This document shows, in pieces, positions 48,881 through 58,713 of a stretch of 64,000 nt of DNA. The translations under genes were made by a program, and so were the position numbers. Within the stretch, counting starts at the first letter, position 1; each line of letters starts with the position of its first letter. The DNA comes from an uncultured Pelagibacteraceae bacterium (lineage in GTDB: Bacteria; Pseudomonadota; Alphaproteobacteria; Pelagibacterales; Pelagibacteraceae), in assembly GCA_902571955.1 (NCBI GenBank), contig CACGDZ010000004.1, forward strand, positions 13,568-77,567, read 5' to 3'. The notes under the pieces are model-generated. The model was not told the origin of the DNA. It saw only the letters and a program-made list of their open reading frames with translations, and searched no databases.

Positions 48881-50209
48881 ATGACGACATTACCTTCGAA
48901 GGCAAAAGTAGTTATCATCGGTGGTGGAATTCACGGACTAAGTACTGCTTGGAAACTTTCAGAAACATACAAAAATCCTGGTGACATAATTGTATTAGAA
49001 AAAAAAGATACTGCAGCTGGTGCAAGTGGTATTGCATGTGGTGTTGTAAGGAATAATTATTTTCAACCAGCAATGAGAGAATTAATGGCTCACTCAGTTT
49101 CTGTTTGGGAGAGTGATCCTAAAGCATTTAAATACAATCCAGTTGGTTATATGCAAATATCACCTGAGGTAATGCATGAAGATGTTGCAACTATTTACGA
49201 GCAACAAAAAGCTATTGGATACGAGTCAGTCTTCATAGAAGGTGAAAAAGATTGTTCAAATTATATGAAGGGTATTTTTGATGATTGGCAGGCACAAGGT
49301 ATCACTTCTGTTCTTCATGAAAAAAAAGGTGGATACGCATTTAACAAAGATTCAATTAAAGCACTTGAGAGTAAATCTACGTCAAATGGTGTTCAAGTGA
49401 TAAAAGGTGTAAAGGTAACAGGATTTAAAAAAGGAAGTAACAGTCAAGCTGTTACAGGAGTAGAAACGGACAACGGCATAATTGAATGTGAACAGGTTGT
49501 TATCGGTGCAGGACCTTGGGCGAGAGATTTTTGGAATATGTTAGAGTTACCTAAGACAGCTAACATAAAAGGTAAAGATGGAAAAATGCATGAAACTGAT
49601 ATGTGGACTTACTGGATGTTACAAGAAGGTGTTATTGGTGTTGAACCAGATTTTTTGAAAACAAATGATGGAAAACAACCACCTGTAGTTCATGTCGATT
49701 CTACTGCTCCATTATATTCAGACAAAACTAAAAAATTATTAACAGATAAAATTTGGGGAATTTATTATAAACCTGATATTGATGGATTAGGTGTTCAAGG
49801 TGGTACCTCACCTTACATAGTCAAAAAACATTTTGATCAAGTTAATGTTGATCCTTATGGAATTGAATCTCCTGAGTATCAAACGACTGATGCATTTAGT
49901 GAAATGTGGTGTTCAGCTTTAGCGCATTGTCAAAAAAGATTTGAGGGTAAATCTGATTTATATAGAAAAGGACCATCGGGTGGACTTGGATGTATGACAC
50001 CAGACTCGTTTCCAATCTTTGATAGATTTTTTGAAAACGTTTACATGATTGCAGATGCTAATCATGGTTATAAAATGATTGGGGTTGGAGAACTTGTTGC
50101 AAAAGAAATTCTTGGTACTGAAAGTGATTTATTAAAACCATTTAGATTCAACCGTTACGAGAAGGGTGAACTTCACCCTACTTCGAACAGTCCGTTTCCT
50201 TGGAGCTAG
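48881..50209 (+). CDS. FAD-dependent oxidoreductase (DAO/sarcosine oxidase-like)
   Basis: GGGIHGLSTA, GASGIACG.VR, GAGPW, TPDSFPI and HGYKM motifs. Confidence 0.85.
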   Translation: MTTLPSKAKVVIIGGGIHGLSTAWKLSETYKNPGDIIVLEKKDTAAGASGIACGVVRNNYFQPAMRELMAHSVSVWESDPKAFKYNPVGYMQISPEVMHEDVATIYEQQKAIGYESVFIEGEKDCSNYMKGIFDDWQAQGITSVLHEKKGGYAFNKDSIKALESKSTSNGVQVIKGVKVTGFKKGSNSQAVTGVETDNGIIECEQVVIGAGPWARDFWNMLELPKTANIKGKDGKMHETDMWTYWMLQEGVIGVEPDFLKTNDGKQPPVVHVDSTAPLYSDKTKKLLTDKIWGIYYKPDIDGLGVQGGTSPYIVKKHFDQVNVDPYGIESPEYQTTDAFSEMWCSALAHCQKRFEGKSDLYRKGPSGGLGCMTPDSFPIFDRFFENVYMIADANHGYKMIGVGELVAKEILGTESDLLKPFRFNRYEKGELHPTSNSPFPWS

Positions 50210-50219
50210 ACTCAAAGCC

Positions 50220-50248
50220 TAGACACAAATAAATTTTTCAGCTACGTT
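50220..50248 (+). promoter_or_regulatory. Putative sigma70 promoter
   Basis: TAGACA-17 nt-TACGTT, upstream of a GAGGGG RBS and the ATG at 50279. Confidence 0.45.
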
Positions 50249-50278
50249 TGAATAAATTAAATTCATTGAGGGGTGAAA

Positions 50279-51748
50279 ATGACAGATCTAGAGAAACATG
50301 TTAACCAGCCAGGTAGAGCGAAATTAGTTAAAAAAGTTAGAGAAAAAATTAACGAGCTTGGCATCACTTATATTTATTATCAATTCATTTCTGTAACAGG
50401 TAGAGTTGTTGGAAAAGGTATACCCGCTGATCATTGGGAAAGAACTGCCGAAAGGGGTTTTCAATTAGTATACGGTGCTACCGCAAACTTATTTTTAGAT
50501 CGTCACAATAATTATATTGGTTATGGACCAGAAGCTATGGAGCTTGTTGGGATACCTGATCCTGAAACTTTTGTTCAATTACCGTGGGATAAAAGAGTTG
50601 GAAGAGTATTTGTAACTTGTTTTAGAAACAGAGAAGAAAGAAAAAATCCAGGTGGTCATTTAACTTCAGACTGCAGAGGAAATCTAAGAATTTTTATGGA
50701 TGAATTTAAGAAAAAACATGGTCTAGAATTAAGAGTTGGTACTGAGCCTGAAATGATGTGGTTAACAAAAAATGAGGATGGAACTCCTACAGGTAAAGGT
50801 TTTTCTAAACCATTCTGTTATCATATCGATCAATTTGAGTCATTAAGACCTGTATTTATGAAAGTAATCGAATATGCAAAAGCAATGGGTCTTGATATGA
50901 TTCAAGGAGACCATGAAGATGCGCCAGGTCAATTAGAATTAAATTGGACCTATGATAACGTTTTAAGGAATGCAGATAGATTATCAACCTACAGACAAAT
51001 TTGTGCTCAAGTTGCGAGAGAACATAATTTAATAGCTTGCTTTATGACAAAACCATTTATGGGTGTTTCTGCAAGTGGTTGTCATACAAATATGTCTTTA
51101 TGGAAAGGTGGGAAAATTAAACTAAACAAACTTGGAAACAAAACACTTCCGGGTGTTGAGGAGGTATTTAGTTATGTTGAAGGTGGAACTAATACTTTCA
51201 TGCCAGATACAAAAGATATGCAATTACCAGGTAAAATTGGTTTACAATCAATTGCAGGTATCATGAAGCACTTGCCAGCATTAACTGCTCTTGGATCTTC
51301 AACCGTAAATTCTTACAGAAGATTATGGGATCAAGGTTTTTGGGCTCCTGTTTACGCTGACTGGGGATATCAAAATAGAACTTGTGGTTTAAGAGTTTCT
51401 GCTCCAGGAAGATTTGAATATAGATCGGTAGATTCTATGCATAATCCTTATCTACTAGGTGCTGCTTTATTAAAAGCTTGCGATGAAGGTATAAGTAAGA
51501 AGATGAAACCAGCAGCTCCTGAGTCTAGAAATATTTATGAAGCTCAAAAAGCAGGTAAAGATGTTAAAAAACTTCCATTAAGTTTAGGTGAAGCTTTAGA
51601 TAGATTGGCAGAGGATGAAGTCATCAAATCTGCAATGCCAGATGAAATGTATAAAGTTTTCCATTGGTACAAAAACGATGAGTGGGAAAGATTTCTTGGT
51701 GCAACTACACAATGGGATCTGGATACTTATCTTGATTGTCTACCGTAG
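50279..51748 (+). CDS. Glutamine synthetase-like gamma-glutamyl-amine ligase
   Basis: GTEPE, HEDAPGQLE, SGCH, NSYRRL, NRT..LR and RFEYR motifs; Trp (GFWAP) replaces the GS Glu flap. Confidence 0.85.
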   Translation: MTDLEKHVNQPGRAKLVKKVREKINELGITYIYYQFISVTGRVVGKGIPADHWERTAERGFQLVYGATANLFLDRHNNYIGYGPEAMELVGIPDPETFVQLPWDKRVGRVFVTCFRNREERKNPGGHLTSDCRGNLRIFMDEFKKKHGLELRVGTEPEMMWLTKNEDGTPTGKGFSKPFCYHIDQFESLRPVFMKVIEYAKAMGLDMIQGDHEDAPGQLELNWTYDNVLRNADRLSTYRQICAQVAREHNLIACFMTKPFMGVSASGCHTNMSLWKGGKIKLNKLGNKTLPGVEEVFSYVEGGTNTFMPDTKDMQLPGKIGLQSIAGIMKHLPALTALGSSTVNSYRRLWDQGFWAPVYADWGYQNRTCGLRVSAPGRFEYRSVDSMHNPYLLGAALLKACDEGISKKMKPAAPESRNIYEAQKAGKDVKKLPLSLGEALDRLAEDEVIKSAMPDEMYKVFHWYKNDEWERFLGATTQWDLDTYLDCLP

Positions 51749-51780
51749 GTCACAGAAATAGATAGAAAGGGTATAAATAT

Positions 51781-52725
51781 ATGTGTGGAATAGCAGGTTT
51801 AATTCATAGAGGGAAATCTTCAAATGTTGGTAGCGAATTACAAGGAATGCTCCAAGCATTAAAGCATAGAGGAGAAGATTCTACAGGTTACGCTTTATAT
51901 GGAGATACAGATGGAAAAAACTTCATTATGCGTTTTAAAGTTGGAGAAAACGTAGGAGAAGGAAGTTCATCTGTTATGGAAGATGTGTCAGTTTACGATG
52001 AAAGAAAAAAAATTGTAGATGAAACTTTGGCTGAGATGGGTGCAAAAGTTGTTAAAGAAGAGAGAACTCTTCCTTACTCATTAAGATATGAGATTGATTA
52101 TGATACAAAAGATTTGTTAGACTTTTCGCAGAGAATTGAAAGTATTCCAGGAGTTGAAATTCTTTCTATGGGAAAATCTTTAGAGGTAATTAAAGATCTT
52201 GGAAATGCTAAAATGGTCTGTGACAGATATAGTTTAGATAAAGTAGTTGGAACACATGCAATCGGTCATGCTAGAATGGCAACTGAATCAGGTGTGGATA
52301 TTAAGTCTGCTCACCCTTTCTGGGGCTATCCATTTAGTGATGTATCTGTAGTACATAATGGACAATTAACTAACTATTGGAATAACAGAAGAGTTTTAGA
52401 AAACAAGGGAATGAGATTTATGTCTGAATGTGATTCAGAATTAATTGCAGTTTATATTGCAGAAAAAATGAGACATGGAGCAACTTTAGAAGAAGGAATG
52501 AAAGAATCATTAACTGGTCTTGATGGAGTTTTCACTTACTTTGTTGCAACTAAAGATTCATTAGGTATGGCTAAAGATACAATGGCTGCAAAACCTTTGG
52601 TTTTGTATGAGTCTGATGATTTAGTAGCAATGGGATCAGAGGAAATCGCAATTAGGTCTGTATTACCACAAGAAATTGACACATATGATCCATTTGATGG
52701 GGAGGTGAAAGTATGGCAAATCTAA
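51781..52725 (+). CDS. Class II glutamine amidotransferase, MgsA/GlxB-like
   Basis: N-terminal MCG; HRG.DSTG, GHARMATES, HNG and CDSE motifs. Confidence 0.85.
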   Translation: MCGIAGLIHRGKSSNVGSELQGMLQALKHRGEDSTGYALYGDTDGKNFIMRFKVGENVGEGSSSVMEDVSVYDERKKIVDETLAEMGAKVVKEERTLPYSLRYEIDYDTKDLLDFSQRIESIPGVEILSMGKSLEVIKDLGNAKMVCDRYSLDKVVGTHAIGHARMATESGVDIKSAHPFWGYPFSDVSVVHNGQLTNYWNNRRVLENKGMRFMSECDSELIAVYIAEKMRHGATLEEGMKESLTGLDGVFTYFVATKDSLGMAKDTMAAKPLVLYESDDLVAMGSEEIAIRSVLPQEIDTYDPFDGEVKVWQI

Positions 52726-53567
52726 AAACTGTGTCGAAAAAATCAAAAGCCCAATCAATGGGTATGCACACTGAGGTATTAACAGGAAGAACTCAACAAA
52801 AATTCTTTAATCCTGATGAAGCAGAAAACTTTTATTACTTTGGTACTTACGATGTAGATTTCAATAAAAGAACCGAGCTTGATGTTAAAGACATGACAGC
52901 TCCAGAAGCTAATAAAGAAATTGATAACTTAATGAGCCAAGGGTATGGAACAATAGTTATTAAAAACCCACAAGGTAAACATAGTCTTGGAGTTGGTATT
53001 TTAAATAAACTGAATTTAATTTTTGAAGGAAGTTTAGGATACTTTGGAATGGGTTCTTGTGATGGTCCAATAGTCAGAATTAACGGAAGAGTTGGATGGT
53101 CATGTGCAGAAAACTTAATGGCTGGTAAAGTGGTAATTGAAAAAAATGCTGGGTCATGTTTTGGTGCGGCAATTAGAGGTGGAGATTTAATTTGTAAAGG
53201 TAGTGTTGGTGCCAGAACCGGAATTGACATGAAGGGTGGTACTATCATAATTGGTGGAGATGCAGGTGCATTTACAGGTTTTATGATGCAAAGAGGAAGA
53301 ATAATTATACTTGGGGATGTTGGAATTAACTTAGGAGACTCCATGTATGATGGGACAATTTTCGTAGGTGGAGAAATTGGTTCATATGGTAGTGATGCTG
53401 TAGATTCAGAATTAACATCAAGTGATCAAGATTGGCTTAAAAGAAAATTAAAGGTTGCTGAGATTGGTGAAAATTTTGATGTAAGTAAAATGAAAAAAAT
53501 TGTAGCAGGTAAAAAACTTTGGAATTATGATAATTTAGAACCTACAGAGAAGAAGGGAGCAATTTAA
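52713..53567 (+). CDS. GXGXG beta-helix protein, MgsB/GlxC-like
   Basis: Repeated G..G...M.GG.I.I.G units. Confidence 0.85.
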   Translation: MANLKTVSKKSKAQSMGMHTEVLTGRTQQKFFNPDEAENFYYFGTYDVDFNKRTELDVKDMTAPEANKEIDNLMSQGYGTIVIKNPQGKHSLGVGILNKLNLIFEGSLGYFGMGSCDGPIVRINGRVGWSCAENLMAGKVVIEKNAGSCFGAAIRGGDLICKGSVGARTGIDMKGGTIIIGGDAGAFTGFMMQRGRIIILGDVGINLGDSMYDGTIFVGGEIGSYGSDAVDSELTSSDQDWLKRKLKVAEIGENFDVSKMKKIVAGKKLWNYDNLEPTEKKGAI

Positions 53568-54979
53568 TGCCTAAGAAAAAAAGTAAAAAAGTTAAAAAGA
53601 ATGGAAAAGGTGTTGGTGGAAAAGCAGATGTACATACTCACGAAGAAGGTAAAAGAAACAAAAGTTTATTAGGTCATAACGCTATCTTCACACCTGAAGT
53701 AATAGACGACATTCATATAAAGGCTCAATTAGGAAGATACAGAATGCGAGGAATGGCATTAATGAAAAAAATTCCTACTTTTGATGATTTGGTGTTCTTA
53801 CCTGGAACATTAACTAGATTTGTAATCGAAGGTTACAGAGAAAAATGTGAAACAAAGACTGTAATTGGTCCTAGATGTGAAAATCCGATTGAGCTAGATA
53901 TTCCAGTTTATATTACAGGAATGAGTTTTGGTGCTCTATCTTATGAAGCAAAAACAGCTTTAGCAAGAGGTGCAACTATGGCAGGTAGTGCTACATGTTC
54001 AGGTGAGGGTGGAATGATACCTGATGAAAGAAGATATTCTGAAAAATGGTATTACCAATGTATTCAATCAAGATATGGTTTTAACCCACATCACGCACAA
54101 TTGGCAGATGGTATTGAGGTATTTATTGGACAAGGTCAAAAAGTAGGAATGGGTGGACATTTAATGGGTCAAAAAGTTACTGACCAAGTTGCAGAGATGA
54201 GATCATTACCATCTGGTATTGACCAAAGATCTCCAGCTAGACACCCTGACTGGTTAGGTCCAGATGATTTAGCTTTAAAAGTAGAAGAGCTTAGACAATT
54301 AACAAAAAATAAAGTGCCAATACAATTAAAATTAGGTGCATCTAAAGTTTATGATGACGTGCGTATGGCTGCAAAATGCGATCCAGACTCTATTTACTTA
54401 GATGGAATGGAAGGTTCTACTGGAGCTGGCCCACATATTGCTGCTGCAAACACTGGAATTCCAGGTATAGCTGCAATTCGAGAAGCGAGAAGAGCGATCG
54501 ACGACGTTGGTAAAACTGGAAAAGTAACATTAATTTATGCTGGTGGAATAAGAGATGGTGCAGACATGGCTAAAGCTTTAGCTCTTGGAGCTGATGCAAT
54601 CGCAATTGGTACTGGTTCAATGATTGCATTAAACTGTAACAAAGATATCCCAGAAGCTGACTTTGAAAAAGAGATGGGAGTAAAAGCAGGTGAGTGTTAT
54701 CACTGCCATACGGGACGTTGCCCAGTTGGTGTTGCCACTCAAGATCCTAAATTAAGAGCAAGATTAAACCCTGATGATGCTGCACTAAGGGTATATAATT
54801 ATCTTCACTCAATGACTTTAGAGGCTCAACTTTTAGCTAGAGCATGTGGTAAAACAAATATACACTCTTTAGAGCCTGAGGATTTAGCTGCTTTAACATC
54901 AGAAGCATCGGCATTAGCGAAAGTACCATTAGCTGGAACTAACTACACAGTTGGTGTTGATAACTACCACAAAATATAG
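53567..54979 (+). CDS. FMN-binding glutamate synthase family protein, MgsC/GlxD-like
   Basis: GMSFGALS, SGEGG, GQGQK.G.GG.L, SP.RHPD and CYHCHTGRCPVGVATQD motifs. Confidence 0.88.
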   Translation: MPKKKSKKVKKNGKGVGGKADVHTHEEGKRNKSLLGHNAIFTPEVIDDIHIKAQLGRYRMRGMALMKKIPTFDDLVFLPGTLTRFVIEGYREKCETKTVIGPRCENPIELDIPVYITGMSFGALSYEAKTALARGATMAGSATCSGEGGMIPDERRYSEKWYYQCIQSRYGFNPHHAQLADGIEVFIGQGQKVGMGGHLMGQKVTDQVAEMRSLPSGIDQRSPARHPDWLGPDDLALKVEELRQLTKNKVPIQLKLGASKVYDDVRMAAKCDPDSIYLDGMEGSTGAGPHIAAANTGIPGIAAIREARRAIDDVGKTGKVTLIYAGGIRDGADMAKALALGADAIAIGTGSMIALNCNKDIPEADFEKEMGVKAGECYHCHTGRCPVGVATQDPKLRARLNPDDAALRVYNYLHSMTLEAQLLARACGKTNIHSLEPEDLAALTSEASALAKVPLAGTNYTVGVDNYHKI

Positions 54980-54987
54980 AGGTAACT

Positions 54988-55398
54988 ATGCCAAAGAAAA
55001 AAAATAAAAAAGTATCAAAATCAAGAGAAGTCAAAGGTCAATTAGGTAAAAAGAAAGAAACTGCCAGAGAAAAAATGATTGGTCAATCTATTGGTTACAG
55101 ATACGACGTTAATCTTTTGCCTGATTATAGTAAAATTACGCCTTTTTTAAAAAAATATATAGAAGCGATGGGATGGGATGATTTAAATTGGTTGGAAGAT
55201 GTGCATATGGGTTATGAAGAAGATAGACCTGCAGTTTTTTGCAGAAATGCAAATGGTTGGGTAACTATTCCAAGTTCAATAAAGTTACCTAACAATCAAC
55301 AAGATAGAGATATGATTGCAAGAGAGCTGTTAGTTAAGTTTCAAATGTCACCCAAACATCCTCTTGTTGATTTGAAAAAAGCTTACTTGAAGTTTTAA
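54988..55398 (+). CDS. Hypothetical protein
   Basis: GAGG RBS; 136 aa; Lys-rich N-terminus. Confidence 0.7.
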   Translation: MPKKKNKKVSKSREVKGQLGKKKETAREKMIGQSIGYRYDVNLLPDYSKITPFLKKYIEAMGWDDLNWLEDVHMGYEEDRPAVFCRNANGWVTIPSSIKLPNNQQDRDMIARELLVKFQMSPKHPLVDLKKAYLKF

Positions 55399-55524
55399 TA
55401 TTACAATCAATAGTTGATTATTTTTTAAATCTAGTGTTCATAACTGGATTTTTTCACTCTCTTTATAATTGTAACGACTCATAAAATTTAATAGGCTTTT
55501 GTTAAACAAATATGGAGAGAGAAT

Positions 55525-56925
55525 ATGACTGATCAGTTAGGTGCTCTTACCACGATATTTACAGAATTTTACTACTGGACAACAGTGGTACTAATGTTTT
55601 TAATTCACGTTGGTTTCTGTATGTATGAGGTTGGAGCTTCAAGATACAAACACCATCAACATACTCTTATGAAAAACACAATGCTGATACCGTTGGTAAC
55701 AGTAACTTGGTTTTTGTTTGGTTGGTGGATTTATTGGGCTTTTCCAACTGGACCTGGATTAGCTCCGTCAATAATGACAGAAAGTACAGGGCTTGTATTA
55801 GGTGGAGGATTTGGAGGAAATGATCTTGCTAATCCTACAAATGCTCTTATGGCAATTAATCTTAACGACCATATAATGGGTGTGTTCTGGGCAGCATTCC
55901 TTTTATTTTCATGGACCGCAGCATCTATAGTTTCGGGTGCAGTTATTGAAAGAATAACAACTTTTGCATTTGGAGTTTTGGCAATTGCAATAGGATCTGT
56001 TTTCTGGTCAATAGATGCGTCATGGGGATGGCACTTTGATGGTTGGATGCTTAAGATCCTAGGTTATCATGATGCATATGCATCAGGTGTAATTCACGCT
56101 ATTGCTGGTGGGTTTGCCTTAGGTGTGCTTATGGTTTTAGGTCCAAGAATAGGAAAATTTTCATCAAGTGGTGAGCCAAGAAACATTGGTCCACGAAATC
56201 CTTGGTTAGTAACAATTGGATTGTTCTTAATTTATACAGGATTTTGGGGATTTTATGCAGCTTGTAACGTTCCAATATATGATCTTGGCCCAGAGTATGG
56301 TATGGAAGGTATCTCATTCTGGACAGCAACTAATATCTATCTTACACCCACTACTTTAAGTGGAATTACAATGAACTTTTTGATGTCATTGTCAGGAGGT
56401 TTATTGGCTGGATATGTTATTGCTAAAGGTGATCCTTTCTGGACTTACTCAAGTGGACTAGCTGGCATTATATGTGCATCTGCAGGAAACGACTTATATC
56501 ATCCAATTCAAGCATTAGTTATTGGTATGATCGGAGTTGTTATTGCTTACAAACTTCATTACTGGGTAGAACGAAAGTTCAAGATTGATGATGCAGTTGG
56601 CGCAGTAGCTGTACATGGTTATGCTGGTTTTGTAGGTCTTGTAATTTGTGGATTCGTCTTAAATGGTTATCCTTCATCTGGTTACAGTGTTGGAGCTATG
56701 TTTGATGGAACAACTTATGCAACAATTAATCCATTAGGACAATTTATTGGAGCAATAATAATGTTCTTTGTTTTAGGATTAATACCTGGCTATATCATCG
56801 CTAAAGTTCTTAATGGTATGGGTAAATTAAGAATCCCGCGTGAAGTTGAAATAGCTGGACTAGACTATGAAATGATGGAAAGTGCTAAAGAAGACGAAAA
56901 AGCAGTTTCATCAGCAACCAGGTAA
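55525..56925 (+). CDS. amt: Amt/Mep family channel (divergent)
   Basis: SGAVIER, twin His (VIHAIAG; VAVHGY), LGPRIG, DDAVGA and E.AGLD motifs. Confidence 0.9.
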   Translation: MTDQLGALTTIFTEFYYWTTVVLMFLIHVGFCMYEVGASRYKHHQHTLMKNTMLIPLVTVTWFLFGWWIYWAFPTGPGLAPSIMTESTGLVLGGGFGGNDLANPTNALMAINLNDHIMGVFWAAFLLFSWTAASIVSGAVIERITTFAFGVLAIAIGSVFWSIDASWGWHFDGWMLKILGYHDAYASGVIHAIAGGFALGVLMVLGPRIGKFSSSGEPRNIGPRNPWLVTIGLFLIYTGFWGFYAACNVPIYDLGPEYGMEGISFWTATNIYLTPTTLSGITMNFLMSLSGGLLAGYVIAKGDPFWTYSSGLAGIICASAGNDLYHPIQALVIGMIGVVIAYKLHYWVERKFKIDDAVGAVAVHGYAGFVGLVICGFVLNGYPSSGYSVGAMFDGTTYATINPLGQFIGAIIMFFVLGLIPGYIIAKVLNGMGKLRIPREVEIAGLDYEMMESAKEDEKAVSSATR

Positions 56926-56936
56926 AGGAGAAAAAT

Positions 56937-57167
56937 ATGGCAACAGTATCAAACTGGATAGATCATCTTAATAAGCCAGCCGAAGAAGTTGGTGGATCGG
57001 TTTATCCTGGAGCAGGGTCTAGTGAATTTATACTAGTTCTTGTGTTAATTGCTGTGTGGATAGGATGGACTGTAATTACGAGCAAATCTGAAAGTGATGA
57101 GCTGAATGCATTATCCAGAAAAAGGCACAGTGCTAATGACCATAAAAGTAATATTACTGAATGGTAA
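56937..57167 (+). CDS. Small single-TM protein
   Basis: AAGGAG RBS; YPGAG..E followed by a TM helix. Confidence 0.75.
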   Translation: MATVSNWIDHLNKPAEEVGGSVYPGAGSSEFILVLVLIAVWIGWTVITSKSESDELNALSRKRHSANDHKSNITEW

Positions 57168-57177
57168 AATAAAATAT

Positions 57178-57206
57178 GGGCGCTACACAATTGTAGCGCC
57201 CTTTTT
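57178..57206 (+). terminator. Rho-independent terminator
   Basis: GGGCGCTACA-CAAT-TGTAGCGCCC followed by TTTTT. Confidence 0.88.
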
Positions 57207-57216
57207 AATGATTTAA

Positions 57217-57369
57217 ATGAGTGAAGACAAAAACGAACACCTAAGACCAAGTAAAATGAGAGGTGTAGCTTTTCCAAAAGCAAAGTATGGAGTAATTCTT
57301 GCAATTATCCTAATAATTTTAGTTAATTTTATTTATTATAAAGAAACTATCTTTTCATTTTTCAAATAA
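57217..57369 (+). CDS. 50-aa single-TM microprotein (not in ORF track)
   Basis: MSEDKNEHLRPSKMRGVAFPKAKYGVILAIILIILVNFIYYKETIFSFFK; fills the gap between the terminator and gmaS. Confidence 0.5.
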   Translation: MSEDKNEHLRPSKMRGVAFPKAKYGVILAIILIILVNFIYYKETIFSFFK

Positions 57370-57386
57370 TTGTGGTAGCCTTAGAA

Positions 57387-58712
57387 ATGGCTAAAAACTT
57401 ATTTAAAATAGCAAAACAAAAAAAAATTAAATACTTCTTAATAAGTTTTGTCGATCTTTTTGGTGTACTAAGATCAAAACTTGTTCCTGTTCATGCTATT
57501 AAAGAAATGCAAACTGCTGGGGCAGGATTTGCTGGTTTTGCAGCATGGCTAGATATGTCTCCTGCAGATAGTGATATGTTTGGTATTCCAGACCCAGATA
57601 GTTTAATTCAATTACCTTGGAATAAAGAAGTAGGATGGCTTGCATCTGATTTGTGGATGGACGGTAAACCTGTAGAAGCTTCCCCAAGAGTAATGTTAAA
57701 AAATCAAATAAAGAAATTACAAAAACAAAATTTAACGATGAAATCAGGTGTAGAGTGCGAATACTTTTTAATCTCACCAGATGGAAACTCAATTGCAGAT
57801 CCGAGAGACACTCAATCTAAACCTTGTTACGACCAATCTGCATTAATGAGGAGATATGATTTAATCAAAGAGATTTGTGATTGCATGATTGAGATGGAAT
57901 GGGGTCCTTACCAAAATGATCATGAGGATGCTAATGGTCAATTTGAGATGAATTGGGACTATGATGATTGTCTAAAAACAGCGGATAAACATACTTTTTT
58001 TAAATATATGGTAAAAACTTTAGCTGAAAAACATGGTTTAAGAGCAACCTTTATGCCTAAACCATTCGAAAACCTAACAGGTAATGGCTGTCATGCCCAC
58101 ATATCAGTTTGGGATGGAAAAAAAAATAAATTTTTAGAGAAATCAGACAAACTTGGATTAAGTAAAATGGCTTACAATTTTTTAGGTGGAGTAATTAAAA
58201 ATGCTTCCTCATTATCTGCTTTTTTTAATCCGACAATTAATAGCTATCGGAGGATTAACGCACCCCCAACTAAGTCTGGAGCATCTTGGTCGCCAAGTAG
58301 TATATCTTATACAGGAAATAACAGGACTCATATGATAAGAATTCCAGACCCTGGAAGGTTTGAATTGAGGTTGATGGATGGATCTGCAAATCCATATTTA
58401 TTACAAGCAAGTGTGTTAGCAGCAGGTTTGAATGGATTAAAACATAAAATCAATCCTGGCGAACCTTTAAATTGTAACATGTACACAGATTACAAGAAGT
58501 ACCCTGACCTGCCAAAACTACCAAATGAACTTAAAGAATCACTTGAACTATTAAGAAATAATAAAGAAATGAATGACGCTTTTGGAAGAGAAACAATCAA
58601 TAGTTATATAAAACTTAGAAAATCTGAAATTAATGAATTTGATAATATAGAAAACTTCGATAAGTCCAAACCTGTAACTCAATGGGAAAGACAAAATACT
58701 TTAGACTGTTAA
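57387..58712 (+). CDS. gmaS: Gamma-glutamylmethylamide synthetase (GlnT-type GS)
   Basis: KYFLISFVDLFG..RSKLVP, GAGFAGFA.W, SKPCYDQ.ALMRRY, HEDANGQFE and SGA.W.P motifs; ATG at 57387. Confidence 0.85.
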   Translation: MAKNLFKIAKQKKIKYFLISFVDLFGVLRSKLVPVHAIKEMQTAGAGFAGFAAWLDMSPADSDMFGIPDPDSLIQLPWNKEVGWLASDLWMDGKPVEASPRVMLKNQIKKLQKQNLTMKSGVECEYFLISPDGNSIADPRDTQSKPCYDQSALMRRYDLIKEICDCMIEMEWGPYQNDHEDANGQFEMNWDYDDCLKTADKHTFFKYMVKTLAEKHGLRATFMPKPFENLTGNGCHAHISVWDGKKNKFLEKSDKLGLSKMAYNFLGGVIKNASSLSAFFNPTINSYRRINAPPTKSGASWSPSSISYTGNNRTHMIRIPDPGRFELRLMDGSANPYLLQASVLAAGLNGLKHKINPGEPLNCNMYTDYKKYPDLPKLPNELKESLELLRNNKEMNDAFGRETINSYIKLRKSEINEFDNIENFDKSKPVTQWERQNTLDC

Positions 58713-58713
58713 A

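Noticed and set aside
50163-50179. Inverted repeat AGGGTGAA-C-TTCACCCT
   Set aside because: It lies inside the coding sequence with a 1-nt loop and no U-tract, so it is probably incidental.
51781-54979. Ordinary glutamate synthase (gltB) fragments or a pseudogene
   Set aside because: Three intact coupled ORFs match the split GlxBCD/MgsABC architecture.
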